A DNA stretch of 64,000 bases from Nannocystales bacterium (lineage in GTDB: Bacteria; Myxococcota_A; Polyangia; Nannocystales; Nannocystaceae), in assembly GCA_050633305.1 (NCBI GenBank), contig JBOEGF010000008.1:288001-352000 (forward strand). Reading direction: 5' to 3'. Shown piece after piece: positions 48,525 through 59,328 of this stretch. Position numbers and translations under genes: made by a program. Below the pieces are notes generated by a model, which was given only the letters and a program-made list of their open reading frames with translations, ran no database searches and was not told where the DNA came from. The number at the start of each line of letters is the position of its first letter. Positions within the stretch are counted from its first letter, which is position 1.

Positions 48525-51428
48525 GTGTATTCGACGCAACACTACGGAGCCGACCGAGACGGCGTCGACACCAACGCCGACGCCGAGGTCACCCTCGCTG
48601 ATGGCGAATCCGGCCCGTCGCAGGCTCGATCTCCGTTCGAGCGCGGCGAGACGCTCGGCCGCTACGTGGCACTCGATACGCTGGGGTCCGGCGGAATGGG
48701 CATCGTGCTCTCGGCGTACGACTCGAAGCTCGACCGGCGCGTCGCCCTGAAACTTCTCCATCCCCACACCGGGGCCGACCCCGAAAACCACGCCCGGCTG
48801 ATCCGTGAGGCCCAGGCTCTGGCCAAGCTCTCCCACCCCGGCGTGGTCGCTGTCTACGACGTCGGTGAGCTTCGAGGCCAAGTCTTCATCGCGATGGAGT
48901 TCATCGACGGGCCAAACCTCCGCAGCTGGACCCACGAGGCGAAACGCAGCACGGCTGCGGTCCTCTCCGTGTTCCGCGACGCCGCCCGCGGGCTGATCGC
49001 GGCGCACGACGCCGGCATCGTTCACCGCGACTTCAAGCCAGACAATGTGCTGATCGACCCCAAGGGTCGTGCCCACGTCACGGACTTCGGCCTCGCCCTG
49101 GAGTCCCACGAAGTCGTGCAAAACCTGTCAGCCTCGTCGCGGTCTGACTCGTCACACTCCAGTTCGTCTCGACTGACCGAGACGGGCATGGTGATGGGCA
49201 CGCCCGCGTACATGCCCGTGGAGCAGCACGCAGGGAACCCAACCGATCATCGCTCCGACCAGTTTTCGTTCTGCGTATCGTTCTACGAAGCCCTGTATGG
49301 GGTACGCCCGTTCTCCGGAGCCAACGCGACCGAGCTGTGCCTGTCGATCAAGCGGGCAGAGATTCCCCCGCCCCCCGCAGGCGTCTCGGTCCCCCGACGA
49401 GTGCACCGCGCCATCGTCAAGGGCCTCGCGCTCAAGCCCGAAGGACGGCACGCCTCGATGCGCGCGCTGCTTCGCGCAATCACCCCGCCCACGCGAAACC
49501 GCCGCACGTGGGTCTTCGGAGGGCTTGGAGGACTCACCATCGGGGCCGGTGTTGTGGCCTTCGCGGAGCCCCCGGCCCGGCCTTGCTCGTCGTTCCGGGC
49601 ATCCATCGAGGACGTCTACGGGAGCGAGCAAGAGTCGAAGATTCAAGCCGCGTTCGAGTCCTCCAAACTCGCGTATGCGGGAGCGTCGTTCGAAGCGACG
49701 GACCGAACCCTCGACCGCTTCACCGACGCCTGGGCGACCGCTGCGACCGACGCATGCCTCGCCACCGAGCGAGGCGAGCAGTCCGACCATATGCTCGACC
49801 TCCGCATGCACTGCTTGGATCGGGCTCGGTCCCGCTTGAGCGCGACCGTTGAAGTCTTGAGCGAGGCCAGCCCGGAGATTGTCCACCAAGGCATGGCTCT
49901 GGCATCCAACCAGGTGGAGCTGGAACTGTGCGGGGACCTCGAGGCGTTGCAACGCACCGTGGTCCTGCCTGCGGATGCCGAGGAGGCCGCCGAGACAGAG
50001 CAACTGTTCACCGCGATCGACCGCATGGAAGCGATGCGTAGCGCAGGCAAGAAGGAGGACGCCAAGATGCTGTTCTCCGACTACGAAACCCGCCTGGCGA
50101 GCAGCGACTTCCCCCCCGTCGTCGCCTCCGCAGCCTGGATCCAAGGACGGCTGGTGGGAACCGACAACAGGGCGAGCGAAGCCATCACGCACTTCAGGCG
50201 CGCCTACTTGGTGTCCCTCGAACACGGTCTGGACGGACTCGCTGCCAACGCCGCGAGTTCTCTGGGCTTCTACTACAGCGAGTTCCAGCTCGACTTGGTG
50301 GAGGCGGAGCACTACCTCGATGTCGCTGCGGCGCTTGCGAAAGCCTCGGGCTCTGTTCAGGCCCAATCCGGGGTCGCCGGCAACCTGTCCACCCTCCGCA
50401 GACGGCAGTCCCGCTACGATGAAGCGGTCGCGTCCGCGCAAGAGGCTCTGAGCTTGGCGAAGACGCAGAAGGCCACCCGCCCCTTGCAGGTCGCCGAAGT
50501 CCACGTCCAGCTGGCGAACGTCCTACGACTACGCGATGGACCCAAAGCCGCGATCCCAACCCTGCTCGAAGCGCGCGACGATGTCCTGGCCGAGTTGGGG
50601 TCGGTCCACCCGGTCCTCGTCGGCATCTACCGCGAGCAGGCGGGGGTCGCCCGCGAACTCGGCAACTACGACGAAGCGTTTGTCCATGCGAGTGCCGCCC
50701 TCGAACAAGCGCGTGCAGCCTATGGAGAAGGCAGCCTCGACGAGGCCTATGAGCTCGCCAACCTTGCGACCATCGCCGGTTCGTTGGGCCGCAAACGGGA
50801 GTCCCTCGACATGCTCGCGCGCGTCGACGAGGTGTTCGCGCGCGAGCAGGGGGAAACCCACCCCGTCCGTGCGGCGGTGATGAACAACCGAGCGACGATT
50901 TTCACGGAGCTCGAGCAATGGGACGACGCCGAGGCATCGTTTCAGGACGCGCTGCGGATCGCCCAAGCGAACGCCGATGGCCCCGACGGTCTCTCGGTCA
51001 CTCTCAACCGAAACCTCGCACTCGTCGCCCTGTACGGGGCCGAGCTTTCCAAGGCAAAAAAATACGCAGATGCAGCCCTCGCCGGTGGGCTCGGTGTCCA
51101 TGGCGAGGACCACATGGACACCGGCATGACGCATGCCGTCCTCGGCCGGATCGCGCTCGCACACAACGAGTTCGAGGTCGCGCGTGCCTCCTTGCAACGT
51201 GCCGTCACGATCGGACACGACCTGTTCTCGGAGGAGGCCGCCACGCGCTTCTACCTCGCGCGTGCTTTGGTGGAAGACCCCGCCTCAACCCCGGAGGAAA
51301 CACGCAGGGGACTGTCCATGGCCCGAGCCGCCGAAAAGGAAATCGCAAAGGCGAGCGACGTCGAGCGTACGCACACCGAAATCCTTGAGTGGCTCGGCGA
51401 ACACGACAAGGGGTTCAGCCCAGGCTAA
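48525..51428 (+). CDS. Ser/Thr kinase-TM-TPR protein, paralog 1
   Basis: GSGGMG, VALK, HRDFKPDN, DFG, GTPAYMP; TM; TPR-like helical repeats. Confidence 0.92.
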   Translation: MYSTQHYGADRDGVDTNADAEVTLADGESGPSQARSPFERGETLGRYVALDTLGSGGMGIVLSAYDSKLDRRVALKLLHPHTGADPENHARLIREAQALAKLSHPGVVAVYDVGELRGQVFIAMEFIDGPNLRSWTHEAKRSTAAVLSVFRDAARGLIAAHDAGIVHRDFKPDNVLIDPKGRAHVTDFGLALESHEVVQNLSASSRSDSSHSSSSRLTETGMVMGTPAYMPVEQHAGNPTDHRSDQFSFCVSFYEALYGVRPFSGANATELCLSIKRAEIPPPPAGVSVPRRVHRAIVKGLALKPEGRHASMRALLRAITPPTRNRRTWVFGGLGGLTIGAGVVAFAEPPARPCSSFRASIEDVYGSEQESKIQAAFESSKLAYAGASFEATDRTLDRFTDAWATAATDACLATERGEQSDHMLDLRMHCLDRARSRLSATVEVLSEASPEIVHQGMALASNQVELELCGDLEALQRTVVLPADAEEAAETEQLFTAIDRMEAMRSAGKKEDAKMLFSDYETRLASSDFPPVVASAAWIQGRLVGTDNRASEAITHFRRAYLVSLEHGLDGLAANAASSLGFYYSEFQLDLVEAEHYLDVAAALAKASGSVQAQSGVAGNLSTLRRRQSRYDEAVASAQEALSLAKTQKATRPLQVAEVHVQLANVLRLRDGPKAAIPTLLEARDDVLAELGSVHPVLVGIYREQAGVARELGNYDEAFVHASAALEQARAAYGEGSLDEAYELANLATIAGSLGRKRESLDMLARVDEVFAREQGETHPVRAAVMNNRATIFTELEQWDDAEASFQDALRIAQANADGPDGLSVTLNRNLALVALYGAELSKAKKYADAALAGGLGVHGEDHMDTGMTHAVLGRIALAHNEFEVARASLQRAVTIGHDLFSEEAATRFYLARALVEDPASTPEETRRGLSMARAAEKEIAKASDVERTHTEILEWLGEHDKGFSPG

Positions 51429-51440
51429 CGGGCGGCCGCG

Positions 51441-54308
51441 ATGGAGACGCACGGCTACGAGGGCCCCGAGCAAGCGACGCGTTCGGACGCTGAGGCCACG
51501 GTGACCGACGCGACGCGGGACGACGCCCCACGGCCTCCTTTCGCGCGGGGAGAGTCTCTGGGGCGCTACGTCGTCCTCGACACCCTCGGCGCGGGAGGCA
51601 TGGGCATCGTCTTGGCGGCGTACGACACCACCCTCGACCGGCGGGTCGCTCTGAAGCTGCTGCATGCCCACACCTCCGCCGATCCCGGAAACCACGCCCG
51701 CCTGCTCCGCGAGGCTCAAGCGCTGGCGAAGCTATCTCACCCGCGTGTCGTCTCGGTGTACGACGTCGGCGAGCTGCGAGGCCAGGTGTTCATCGCGATG
51801 GAATTCGTCGACGGCCCAAACCTGCGCCAGTGGCTCCGAGAGAAGGAACGAACGCCAGCCCAGATTCTCAAGGTCTTCCGCGGCGCTGGGAAAGGACTGC
51901 AAGCGGCGCATGACGCCGGCATCGTCCACCGCGACCTCAAACCAGACAACATTCTCATTGGGCCCAACGGCAAAGCCTACGTCACAGACTTCGGCCTGGC
52001 ACTCGAGGCCGACGTGGTCCCCAAGTCGTCCAGCACGCGCTCGTCGTCCGCCTGGTCGTCCTCCCGCCTGACCGAGACCGGTGCTGTGATGGGAACGCCC
52101 GCGTACATGCCGATCGAGCAACACGCCGGTCTCATGACCGACCACCGTTCCGACCAGTTCTCGTTTTGCGTGTCCCTATTCGAGGCTCTTCATGGCCTCC
52201 GACCGTTCTCCGGCACGAACGCGAGCGAACTGTGTCTGGCGATCGGGCGCGCCGACCTGCCGACGAGTCCGAACACCGTGGCGCGCAGGGTCCGACACGC
52301 GCTCGCCCGCGGGCTCTCGCCCAAGGCCGAAGACCGTTTTCCGTCAATGCGCGCCCTACTTCGGGCCCTCTCCCCACCGACCCGCAGCAGTCGCACGTGG
52401 GTGTTTGGCGGCGTAGGAGGACTCGTCCTCGGCGCAGCTCTCGTCGGTCTTGCCGACCCCTCGAGTCCCCCCTGTGCGTCACTGGGCGACCGCGTTTTGG
52501 GTGTCTACGGCCCACAGCAGCGAGAGCAGCTCGAGTCCGCGTTCGCGGCGACCGGGCTGCCGTATGCAAAGGCATCCTCCGTAGCGACGACCGCAGCACT
52601 CGATGCCTTCGCGACCCAGTGGACGTCCTCCGCACAGGAGGCCTGCCTGGCGTCCGAGCGCGGCGAGCAGTCTGGCGCGATGCTCGACCTCCGGATGCTC
52701 TGTCTCGATCGCGGGCTCCTCGCGTTGTCGGCGACGGTCGAGATCCTCGCGACGATCGAACCGAAGGAGCTTCGGCGATCCGCGAAGATCGCCTCCGGCC
52801 TGCCGAACCTCGCGCTGTGCGAGGACCTCGAAGCGCTCCCGAAACTCGCCATCCTTCCGGCGACACCCGAGCAGGCCCACGACGCCGAGACCCTGCTGCC
52901 GATCGTTGACCGCATCCGAGTGCTCGTCATCGCCGACCGACAAAAAGAAGCCCAGACGCTCCTCGACACCCATGCACAGGAACTCGAGCGAAGCACGTAC
53001 CCGTTTGTGCAGACGCTGCACCGGACCTGGCAAGGACGACTGCTCTTCTCGCGACGCGAACAAGCGACCCCCGAGGTCCTCCGTCAGGCACACCTGCTTG
53101 CCCTCGAGCACGGACTGGACGCGCAGGCCTCACGCACCGCCACCGCCCTGGGCACCTGGCATTCGGACAAGAAGCAGTTTGACGCCTCGATTCGATGGTT
53201 CGAATCCGCGGGGGCGCTGGCGCGAGCGGCCGGCTCGACACGACTCCAAGCCACCGTGGCCTCGACGTCGGCCGGGGTCTACTCCCAAGCAGGACGCCAC
53301 GATGACGCGATCGCCCGCACTCAACATGCACTCCAACTGACCGAGGACGACGAATCGTACCCCCCAAGAGCACGGGTCGAACTCCTGCTGTCCCACGCAA
53401 GGGCACTGCAGTACCGAGACGGTGAGCGAGCCGGACTCGAGGAGATTCACGAAGCCCGCGCGCTCATAGGGGAACTCGACGGCGACGCTCCGGTGATCGC
53501 ATCGATCGAGACCAAGCTGAGCGAGTTTGCGATGAACCGGGATGACGTTGCCGCGGCGCTCACCCATGCAGAAGAAGCCCAGCGCATTACGGAGCTCCAC
53601 TACGGACGCGACTCCCTGCGATACGCCGCTGCGCTGACCAACGTCGCCATTCCGATGAAGGAGCTGGGCATGGTCGACGACGCGCTCGGCCGACTCGCCG
53701 AGGCTCTCGACATCTTCCGAGGTCCCTCCAACTACGCACCGGGCACCGCACAAGTGCTGATCAACATGTCGGTCGTCCTGCTGGTCGACGGGAGAGACGA
53801 TCAGGTTCGGCGACGACTCGACGAGTTGACAACCCTCATTCACGAAGCGCACTTCGAAGGTACCGAGCTCCAAGCGCTCGAGTTTCAGCTCCGGGCCTCT
53901 GTCGAGCGTCAGGACGGGGAGATCGAGCGGTCGCGAACCCACGCGACTCAGGCGCTAAAACTCCTCGAGAAGCAGTTCGGCGAAAAGCACCATCGTCTTG
54001 CCGATGCGCGCACGCTCCTCGCGTACGCCGAGCTTGAAGCAGGCGAGTACGACACCGCGCGGCGGCTTGTCGAACGGGCTCGGGAGGCCCGCACAACGGT
54101 CCCCGCCGATCGGGCGCTGGGTTCGTTCGTCCTCGCGCGGATTCTCTGGGAGACCGAGGGCGCTTCACCGAGTGACCGAAAGCAAGCGGTTCAGCTCGCT
54201 CGTTCTGCCCTCGCCGACTACGAGCAGTCCCCGCCCTACGTTCGCCACCGCGCAGAGGTCCGTGCCTGGATCGAAGCCCACGAGAACGACGTCGAGCCGA
54301 CCCCGTGA
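51441..54308 (+). CDS. Ser/Thr kinase-TM-TPR protein, paralog 2
   Basis: Same architecture; HRDLKPDN. Confidence 0.92.
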   Translation: METHGYEGPEQATRSDAEATVTDATRDDAPRPPFARGESLGRYVVLDTLGAGGMGIVLAAYDTTLDRRVALKLLHAHTSADPGNHARLLREAQALAKLSHPRVVSVYDVGELRGQVFIAMEFVDGPNLRQWLREKERTPAQILKVFRGAGKGLQAAHDAGIVHRDLKPDNILIGPNGKAYVTDFGLALEADVVPKSSSTRSSSAWSSSRLTETGAVMGTPAYMPIEQHAGLMTDHRSDQFSFCVSLFEALHGLRPFSGTNASELCLAIGRADLPTSPNTVARRVRHALARGLSPKAEDRFPSMRALLRALSPPTRSSRTWVFGGVGGLVLGAALVGLADPSSPPCASLGDRVLGVYGPQQREQLESAFAATGLPYAKASSVATTAALDAFATQWTSSAQEACLASERGEQSGAMLDLRMLCLDRGLLALSATVEILATIEPKELRRSAKIASGLPNLALCEDLEALPKLAILPATPEQAHDAETLLPIVDRIRVLVIADRQKEAQTLLDTHAQELERSTYPFVQTLHRTWQGRLLFSRREQATPEVLRQAHLLALEHGLDAQASRTATALGTWHSDKKQFDASIRWFESAGALARAAGSTRLQATVASTSAGVYSQAGRHDDAIARTQHALQLTEDDESYPPRARVELLLSHARALQYRDGERAGLEEIHEARALIGELDGDAPVIASIETKLSEFAMNRDDVAAALTHAEEAQRITELHYGRDSLRYAAALTNVAIPMKELGMVDDALGRLAEALDIFRGPSNYAPGTAQVLINMSVVLLVDGRDDQVRRRLDELTTLIHEAHFEGTELQALEFQLRASVERQDGEIERSRTHATQALKLLEKQFGEKHHRLADARTLLAYAELEAGEYDTARRLVERAREARTTVPADRALGSFVLARILWETEGASPSDRKQAVQLARSALADYEQSPPYVRHRAEVRAWIEAHENDVEPTP

Positions 54309-57163
54309 GCGACCCGCAAGCCACCGTCACCTCCGACCCGGAGGCAGTCACTCGGCCCGAAGGCTCCCCGACCGACGGAGTCCACTCGGAGGCCTCCAGG
54401 GCCGTACGTGTGCCTTTTCGTCGCGGCGAAGCACTCGGACGATACGTCGTCCTCGAACCGCTGGGCGTCGGAGGCATGGGCATTGTCCTGGCAGCCTACG
54501 ACTCCAGACTCGACCGCCGAGTCGCTCTCAAACTCCTCCACCCCGACGAGTCCGAAGACGGAGCCAATCACGCGCGCCTGCTCCGCGAGGCTCAAGCGCT
54601 GGCCAAGCTCTCGCACCGCTGTGTCGTGTCTGTCTACGACGTCGGAGAGATTCGCGGCCACGTGTTCATGGCCATGGAGATCGTCGAAGGACCAGACCTC
54701 CGGCGCTGGCTCGCAGCGGGACCACGCACTCCCCGGGAGATTGTCGCGGTCTTCCGGGATGCGGGGCGCGGACTCCAGGCGGCGCACGAAAGTGGGATCG
54801 TGCACCGAGACTTCAAGCCCGACAACGTGTTGATCGGTCCCAATGGCCGCGCCCACGTCACAGACTTCGGCTTGGCGCTCGAGCAGCGCAGTGAGATTCC
54901 AGCTCTCCCGGCGTCCGCGTCGGCCTCCCACCTTCCCCCGTCGGCCCGCCTGACCCAAACCGGGATCGTCATGGGCACCCCGGCATACATGCCGATCGAG
55001 CAGCATGTGGGCCGGCCGGCGGACCACCGTAGCGACCAGTACTCCTTCGCCGTGTCGTTGTTCGAGGCGTTGTACGGTCGGCGCCCCTTCGCAGGCGCGA
55101 ACTCGACCGAGCTTTGTGTCGCAATCAAACGCGCGGAGGTCTCCGTCCCCTCGACACAACGGACAGCCCCCCGGCGAGTTCATCGCGCGGTGCTCCGAGG
55201 GCTCAGCGCCAAACCCGAGGACCGTTACCCCTCGATGCGGGCATTCGTCCGCGCCCTCACACCGCCGGTTCGAAACCGACGAACATGGGTGCTGGGAGGG
55301 CTCGGGGGACTGGCGGTCGGCGCTGGAGCTGTCATGGTCGCCGATCCCCCGCAGCGCCCGTGCTCGTCGTTCGAGGCACGGGTCGCACAGGCCTACACCC
55401 CCGACGACAAGCGGCAGCTTCTCTCCGCATTCACAGCCACCGGAGCGCCGTACGCTCAGTCCTCCTTCGACGCCGCGACCCGAAGTCTCGATGCATTCTC
55501 CGAGGACTGGGTCGAAGCCGCCAGCGATGCCTGCCTCGCCGCCGAACGCGGCGAGCAGTCCGGGCGAATGCTGGACCTTCGAATGGCCTGCCTCGATCGC
55601 GGACTCCGCCGACTCCAGGCCACCACGGAGGTCCTGGCGCTCGCCGACGCCCGAACTGTGGAGCGAGCGGCGGATCTTGCGGAGCAGTTGCCGCGGGTCG
55701 GACCATGCTCCGACAGCGAAGTCATCTCGAGGGGGGTGTTCATTCCCGAGACCGATGCCCAACATACCGATGCACGCGAGCTACTGCCAGTGTTGGAGAA
55801 AGCATCGGTGCTCATGTGGCAGGAGAACCGAGACTCGGTCCGTGCTGTCCTCGAGCCGTTCAAGGCGCGACTCACCTCCTCGACCCATCCGCGGGTCCGC
55901 GCGCAGTACAAGATCATCGAAGGCCGGACACTCCGAGGCCCCGAGAGACTGGCGCTTCTGCATGAAGCACTCGCGGTCGCTCTCGAGCACAACCTCGATG
56001 ATCTTGCGGCCAACGCATCAGTCTCCGCCGCCTATGCCTACAAGGACGAGCTCGCGGAGACGCGGGCCGTCTCGATGTTCGAGCAGGCACTTGCGCTTGG
56101 GCGCGCGAGCGGACAACCCCTCCCCGTCCTCGGTGCCCTGGCTGGACTCGCCAAGGTGGCCGAGGTCCAGCTTCGCTACGACGACGCGATCGAGCACGCT
56201 CGGGAAGCCGTCCGGGTGAGCAAGGACATCCCAACCTTTGGGACGCAGGCCTCCACCCTATTGCTGCTCTCCGAGCTCCTGCACAAGCGAGACGGCGCCA
56301 CCGCAGGGCTCGAAGAGCTCGAGGTCGCCCACGCATTGCTCGTCCGTGAAGTCGGTGCCAACCATCCAGCGCAGGAGGAATACCTCCAAGAGGTGCTCAC
56401 TCGGGCCAACGAGCGCGGCGACAGCAAGAAGGCGCTCGAGACGTCCAAGATCCTCATCACCCTGCTCCGTCGCAATCGAGGCCCCGGCAGCACCCGCGAA
56501 GCCGTCACCCTGGCCAACGTCGCCAGCGCGCAGATGGCCCTGGGTCTGTACGAAGATGCACTCGAGTCCGTCTCCAACTCCGACGAGTACTTCAGAAAGG
56601 ACCTCGGCGACGACTATGCGCACCGAGCGGGACTGCTGAACAACCGCGGCACCATTCTGATCGCGATCGGAAGGCTTGATGACGCTCGCACCGCGATGAA
56701 CCTGTCGCGGAGCCTCTTTGAGGCCCACCTCGGCCCAGGGACCGAGGCCACCGGCGTCACGCAACTCAACCTGTCCGAGATTGAACGACTCGCTGAGAAC
56801 CTCGAAGCCGCGCGCACGCACGCCCTCGAGGCACGTGCGATCTTCTCCAAACGCCTCGGCCCGGAGCACGTGCGGATCGCTCGTGCCGACGTTGCCTTGG
56901 CGCAGGTCGAGCTTGCGGACAACGAGCCAGACACCGCGTGGGCGTCCATCGCTCGAGCGTTGGCGATCGGCACTCCGAAGCCGGCCGAGCAGCGGCTGTG
57001 GGACCTTCTCCAAGCCGAAGCCATCCTTCGCTCGACAACCCGAACCGCCGCGGAGCGACGCCAAGCGTTGGCCACCGTCGACGCTGTGCGCAACGCTCCC
57101 GCGCTGAGGTCCGAGTACACCCGAAACACCCGTAGCGCGCTCACTCGGATCGACGCGCTGTAG
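54305..57163 (+). CDS. Ser/Thr kinase-TM-TPR protein, paralog 3
   Basis: Same architecture; GTGA overlap with paralog 2. Confidence 0.92.
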   Translation: MSDPQATVTSDPEAVTRPEGSPTDGVHSEASRAVRVPFRRGEALGRYVVLEPLGVGGMGIVLAAYDSRLDRRVALKLLHPDESEDGANHARLLREAQALAKLSHRCVVSVYDVGEIRGHVFMAMEIVEGPDLRRWLAAGPRTPREIVAVFRDAGRGLQAAHESGIVHRDFKPDNVLIGPNGRAHVTDFGLALEQRSEIPALPASASASHLPPSARLTQTGIVMGTPAYMPIEQHVGRPADHRSDQYSFAVSLFEALYGRRPFAGANSTELCVAIKRAEVSVPSTQRTAPRRVHRAVLRGLSAKPEDRYPSMRAFVRALTPPVRNRRTWVLGGLGGLAVGAGAVMVADPPQRPCSSFEARVAQAYTPDDKRQLLSAFTATGAPYAQSSFDAATRSLDAFSEDWVEAASDACLAAERGEQSGRMLDLRMACLDRGLRRLQATTEVLALADARTVERAADLAEQLPRVGPCSDSEVISRGVFIPETDAQHTDARELLPVLEKASVLMWQENRDSVRAVLEPFKARLTSSTHPRVRAQYKIIEGRTLRGPERLALLHEALAVALEHNLDDLAANASVSAAYAYKDELAETRAVSMFEQALALGRASGQPLPVLGALAGLAKVAEVQLRYDDAIEHAREAVRVSKDIPTFGTQASTLLLLSELLHKRDGATAGLEELEVAHALLVREVGANHPAQEEYLQEVLTRANERGDSKKALETSKILITLLRRNRGPGSTREAVTLANVASAQMALGLYEDALESVSNSDEYFRKDLGDDYAHRAGLLNNRGTILIAIGRLDDARTAMNLSRSLFEAHLGPGTEATGVTQLNLSEIERLAENLEAARTHALEARAIFSKRLGPEHVRIARADVALAQVELADNEPDTAWASIARALAIGTPKPAEQRLWDLLQAEAILRSTTRTAAERRQALATVDAVRNAPALRSEYTRNTRSALTRIDAL

Positions 57164-57827
57164 AGAAGCCCGAGTCCCCGAGGTCCTGCACGTCTACGCG
57201 TCCGCCACGCGGGTGTTCGAAGCACAGCCTCTGCGCATGCAGCATCAGGCGCGGACTCTTGTCGCCGCCGTAGAACCGGTCCCCAACGATGGGCCACCCG
57301 GCCTCCGCACAATGAACGCGGATTTGATGCGCGCGCCCGGTCACCGGCCTGGCTTCCACCAGGATTGTCCCGTCCGTCCGGCGCTCCAAGACCTCGAAGT
57401 TCGTGATCGCCTTTTTTCCACCGGAGCGAACCGCGCGATAGCGGGTGGCCTTGGACTCTTTGTCACGGCCCAGGAAGTTCTCCACCTTCCACGTGTCCGG
57501 GGGCGCCTGCCCGCTCGGCTGGACCACCGCGCGGTAGTGCTTGTCGACCGTGTGATTCGAGAACATCTCCGAGATCGCCCGGTTGAGCGCGGCGTCCGTC
57601 GCGAACAGAACCAGGCCCGAGGTGTCCACGTCCAGACGGTGATGCAGCGCGGCATCGGCTCCACCGCGCGCCTTGACCCACGACAACACCGCCCCGGCAA
57701 GGTGGGGCCGCGCCGGGTCGACCGTCGCGTGCACGGCGAGCCCCGCGGGCTTGGACACGACCAGCAGGCCCCCCGCATCGTGCCGCACAGCGGCCGAAGT
57801 CAGCTCGAACGCAGGCCAACTGCCCAT
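57141..57827 (-). CDS. RluA-family pseudouridine synthase
   Basis: KPAGL, HRLDVDTSGL, TGRAHQIRVH, PIVGDRFYG, LMLHA. Confidence 0.92.
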   Translation of the reverse strand: MGSWPAFELTSAAVRHDAGGLLVVSKPAGLAVHATVDPARPHLAGAVLSWVKARGGADAALHHRLDVDTSGLVLFATDAALNRAISEMFSNHTVDKHYRAVVQPSGQAPPDTWKVENFLGRDKESKATRYRAVRSGGKKAITNFEVLERRTDGTILVEARPVTGRAHQIRVHCAEAGWPIVGDRFYGGDKSPRLMLHAQRLCFEHPRGGRVDVQDLGDSGFSTARRSE

Positions 57828-57951
57828 GGAGCAACGATACGCGTCCTGCCTGCGTCGCGATACGGAACCGGAGCCCAGCCCGTTCTGTGCGAGAGCCCGG
57901 ACCCGCTTGACATCCCTACGTGGGTCACGAAAGCCTGCTCCCGGAGCCCTG

Positions 57952-59184
57952 GTGTCGAAGCCGCGTAACTTCACCGTCCCCCTCATCGCCCTGATCATCC
58001 TCTCGACCCTCGCGGTCGCGGACGGCATCTACTTGATGCGGGTGCACATCGACTACGTGACAGGCGTCAACACGGTCGCGGGGGCCTGCTACGAGTACGC
58101 CGAGAACGGATGCTCCGTCACCGCCGGGCGCTTCGGCTCGGTCCTTGGGGTTCCCGTCGCGGCGATTGGCTTCGCGGGGGCTCTGGCAACGCTGGCCTGC
58201 GCAGTCATGGCGTTTCGGCGCCGAGCCCAGCGACGCGACGGCTACCGTTCCCTGCTGCTGGCCCTCGCATCGTTCAGCCTCTTGGCGTCCGTCGTCATGG
58301 GCACGTTCTCGATCATCGAGGGGTCCTTCTGCCCGTTCTGCGTGATCTGGTACGGACTCAACACTGGCCTGTACATCGCCGCCTGGTCTGCACGGAATGT
58401 GGACACTGTCGCTGGCGACCTCTTCGACGACCTCGTCGGAAACGACGCGTTCGTTCCGCTCGGCGTGTTCGGGTTTGCCCTCGCCGGAGCGGTGTACTGG
58501 CATCACGCCTATCTCGCAGGACAGCAAGCCGAGCAGGACGCGGATGTTGCCGCCAACGCTCCCGAGCTCGCAGCGGCGATCCTCGAGAAGAACAAGACGT
58601 TCGACAGAGAGCCCGTCGATGTCTTGAAGATGCGCGACAACCCGACCAAGTTCGTGGGCGGAGCGACGAACGAGCAGGCTGAGGTCGTGATCGTCGAGTT
58701 CGGCGATTTCCAGTGTCCCTTCTGCAAGAAGCTGTGGACCGGGATGGAAGAGTACTTGGACACCACCGACCGCAACATCCGCCTGCACTTCGCCCACTAC
58801 CCGCTCAACGATGCTTGCAACCCGGGCATCAACGACCTGCACCCGTTCGCGTGCCAGGCCGCGGTCGCAGGCGTGTGTGCAGCCAAGCAAGAGGCATTCT
58901 GGAAGTTCGGCGACGTCGTGTTCGAAAACCAGGAGTCCCTGGAGCGCGGGGACCTGGTGGACTACGCCAAGGACTCCGGGCTCGATGTTGATGCGTTTGA
59001 GACGTGCCTGGACGACCCCAAGTCGATGGCGCAGGTGCGGTACGACATTGGGCTGGGGAACAAGGCCGACCTCAGCGGGACACCGACGTTCTTCATCAAC
59101 GGGTACTCGTTGGTTGGAGCGTTTCCGCCGCCGATCCTGGAAGAGCTGATCAAGCAGATTCTCGAACATGACGCGCAGAACTGA
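57952..59184 (+). CDS. VKOR-DsbA/thioredoxin fusion (disulfide bond formation)
   Basis: TM VKOR domain with loop Cys pair and CPFC; DsbA-like DFQCPFC and GTPTFFING. Confidence 0.9.
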   Translation: MSKPRNFTVPLIALIILSTLAVADGIYLMRVHIDYVTGVNTVAGACYEYAENGCSVTAGRFGSVLGVPVAAIGFAGALATLACAVMAFRRRAQRRDGYRSLLLALASFSLLASVVMGTFSIIEGSFCPFCVIWYGLNTGLYIAAWSARNVDTVAGDLFDDLVGNDAFVPLGVFGFALAGAVYWHHAYLAGQQAEQDADVAANAPELAAAILEKNKTFDREPVDVLKMRDNPTKFVGGATNEQAEVVIVEFGDFQCPFCKKLWTGMEEYLDTTDRNIRLHFAHYPLNDACNPGINDLHPFACQAAVAGVCAAKQEAFWKFGDVVFENQESLERGDLVDYAKDSGLDVDAFETCLDDPKSMAQVRYDIGLGNKADLSGTPTFFINGYSLVGAFPPPILEELIKQILEHDAQN

Positions 59185-59283
59185 CAGCCACGCTCCAGGC
59201 CCTCCTCTCCTCGCCGAAAGAACCCGCCAAGCTGCAGGCCTGTCTCTCAGCCTGAACGCCAGCACTTCCCGCACAGTTTTTTC

Positions 59284-59328
59284 TCGCCCCCGAATCGTTC
59301 GCCCCCGAACTGGGGTGTAATGGGGTGT
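59284..59328 (+). repeat. Paired direct repeats upstream of the ECF sigma gene
   Basis: TCGCCCCCGAA x2 (59284, 59299) and TGGGGTGT x2 (59311, 59321). Confidence 0.6.

Noticed and set aside
57907..57935. TTGACA upstream of VKOR-DsbA as a sigma-70 promoter
   Set aside because: No convincing -10 hexamer at 16-18 nt spacing.
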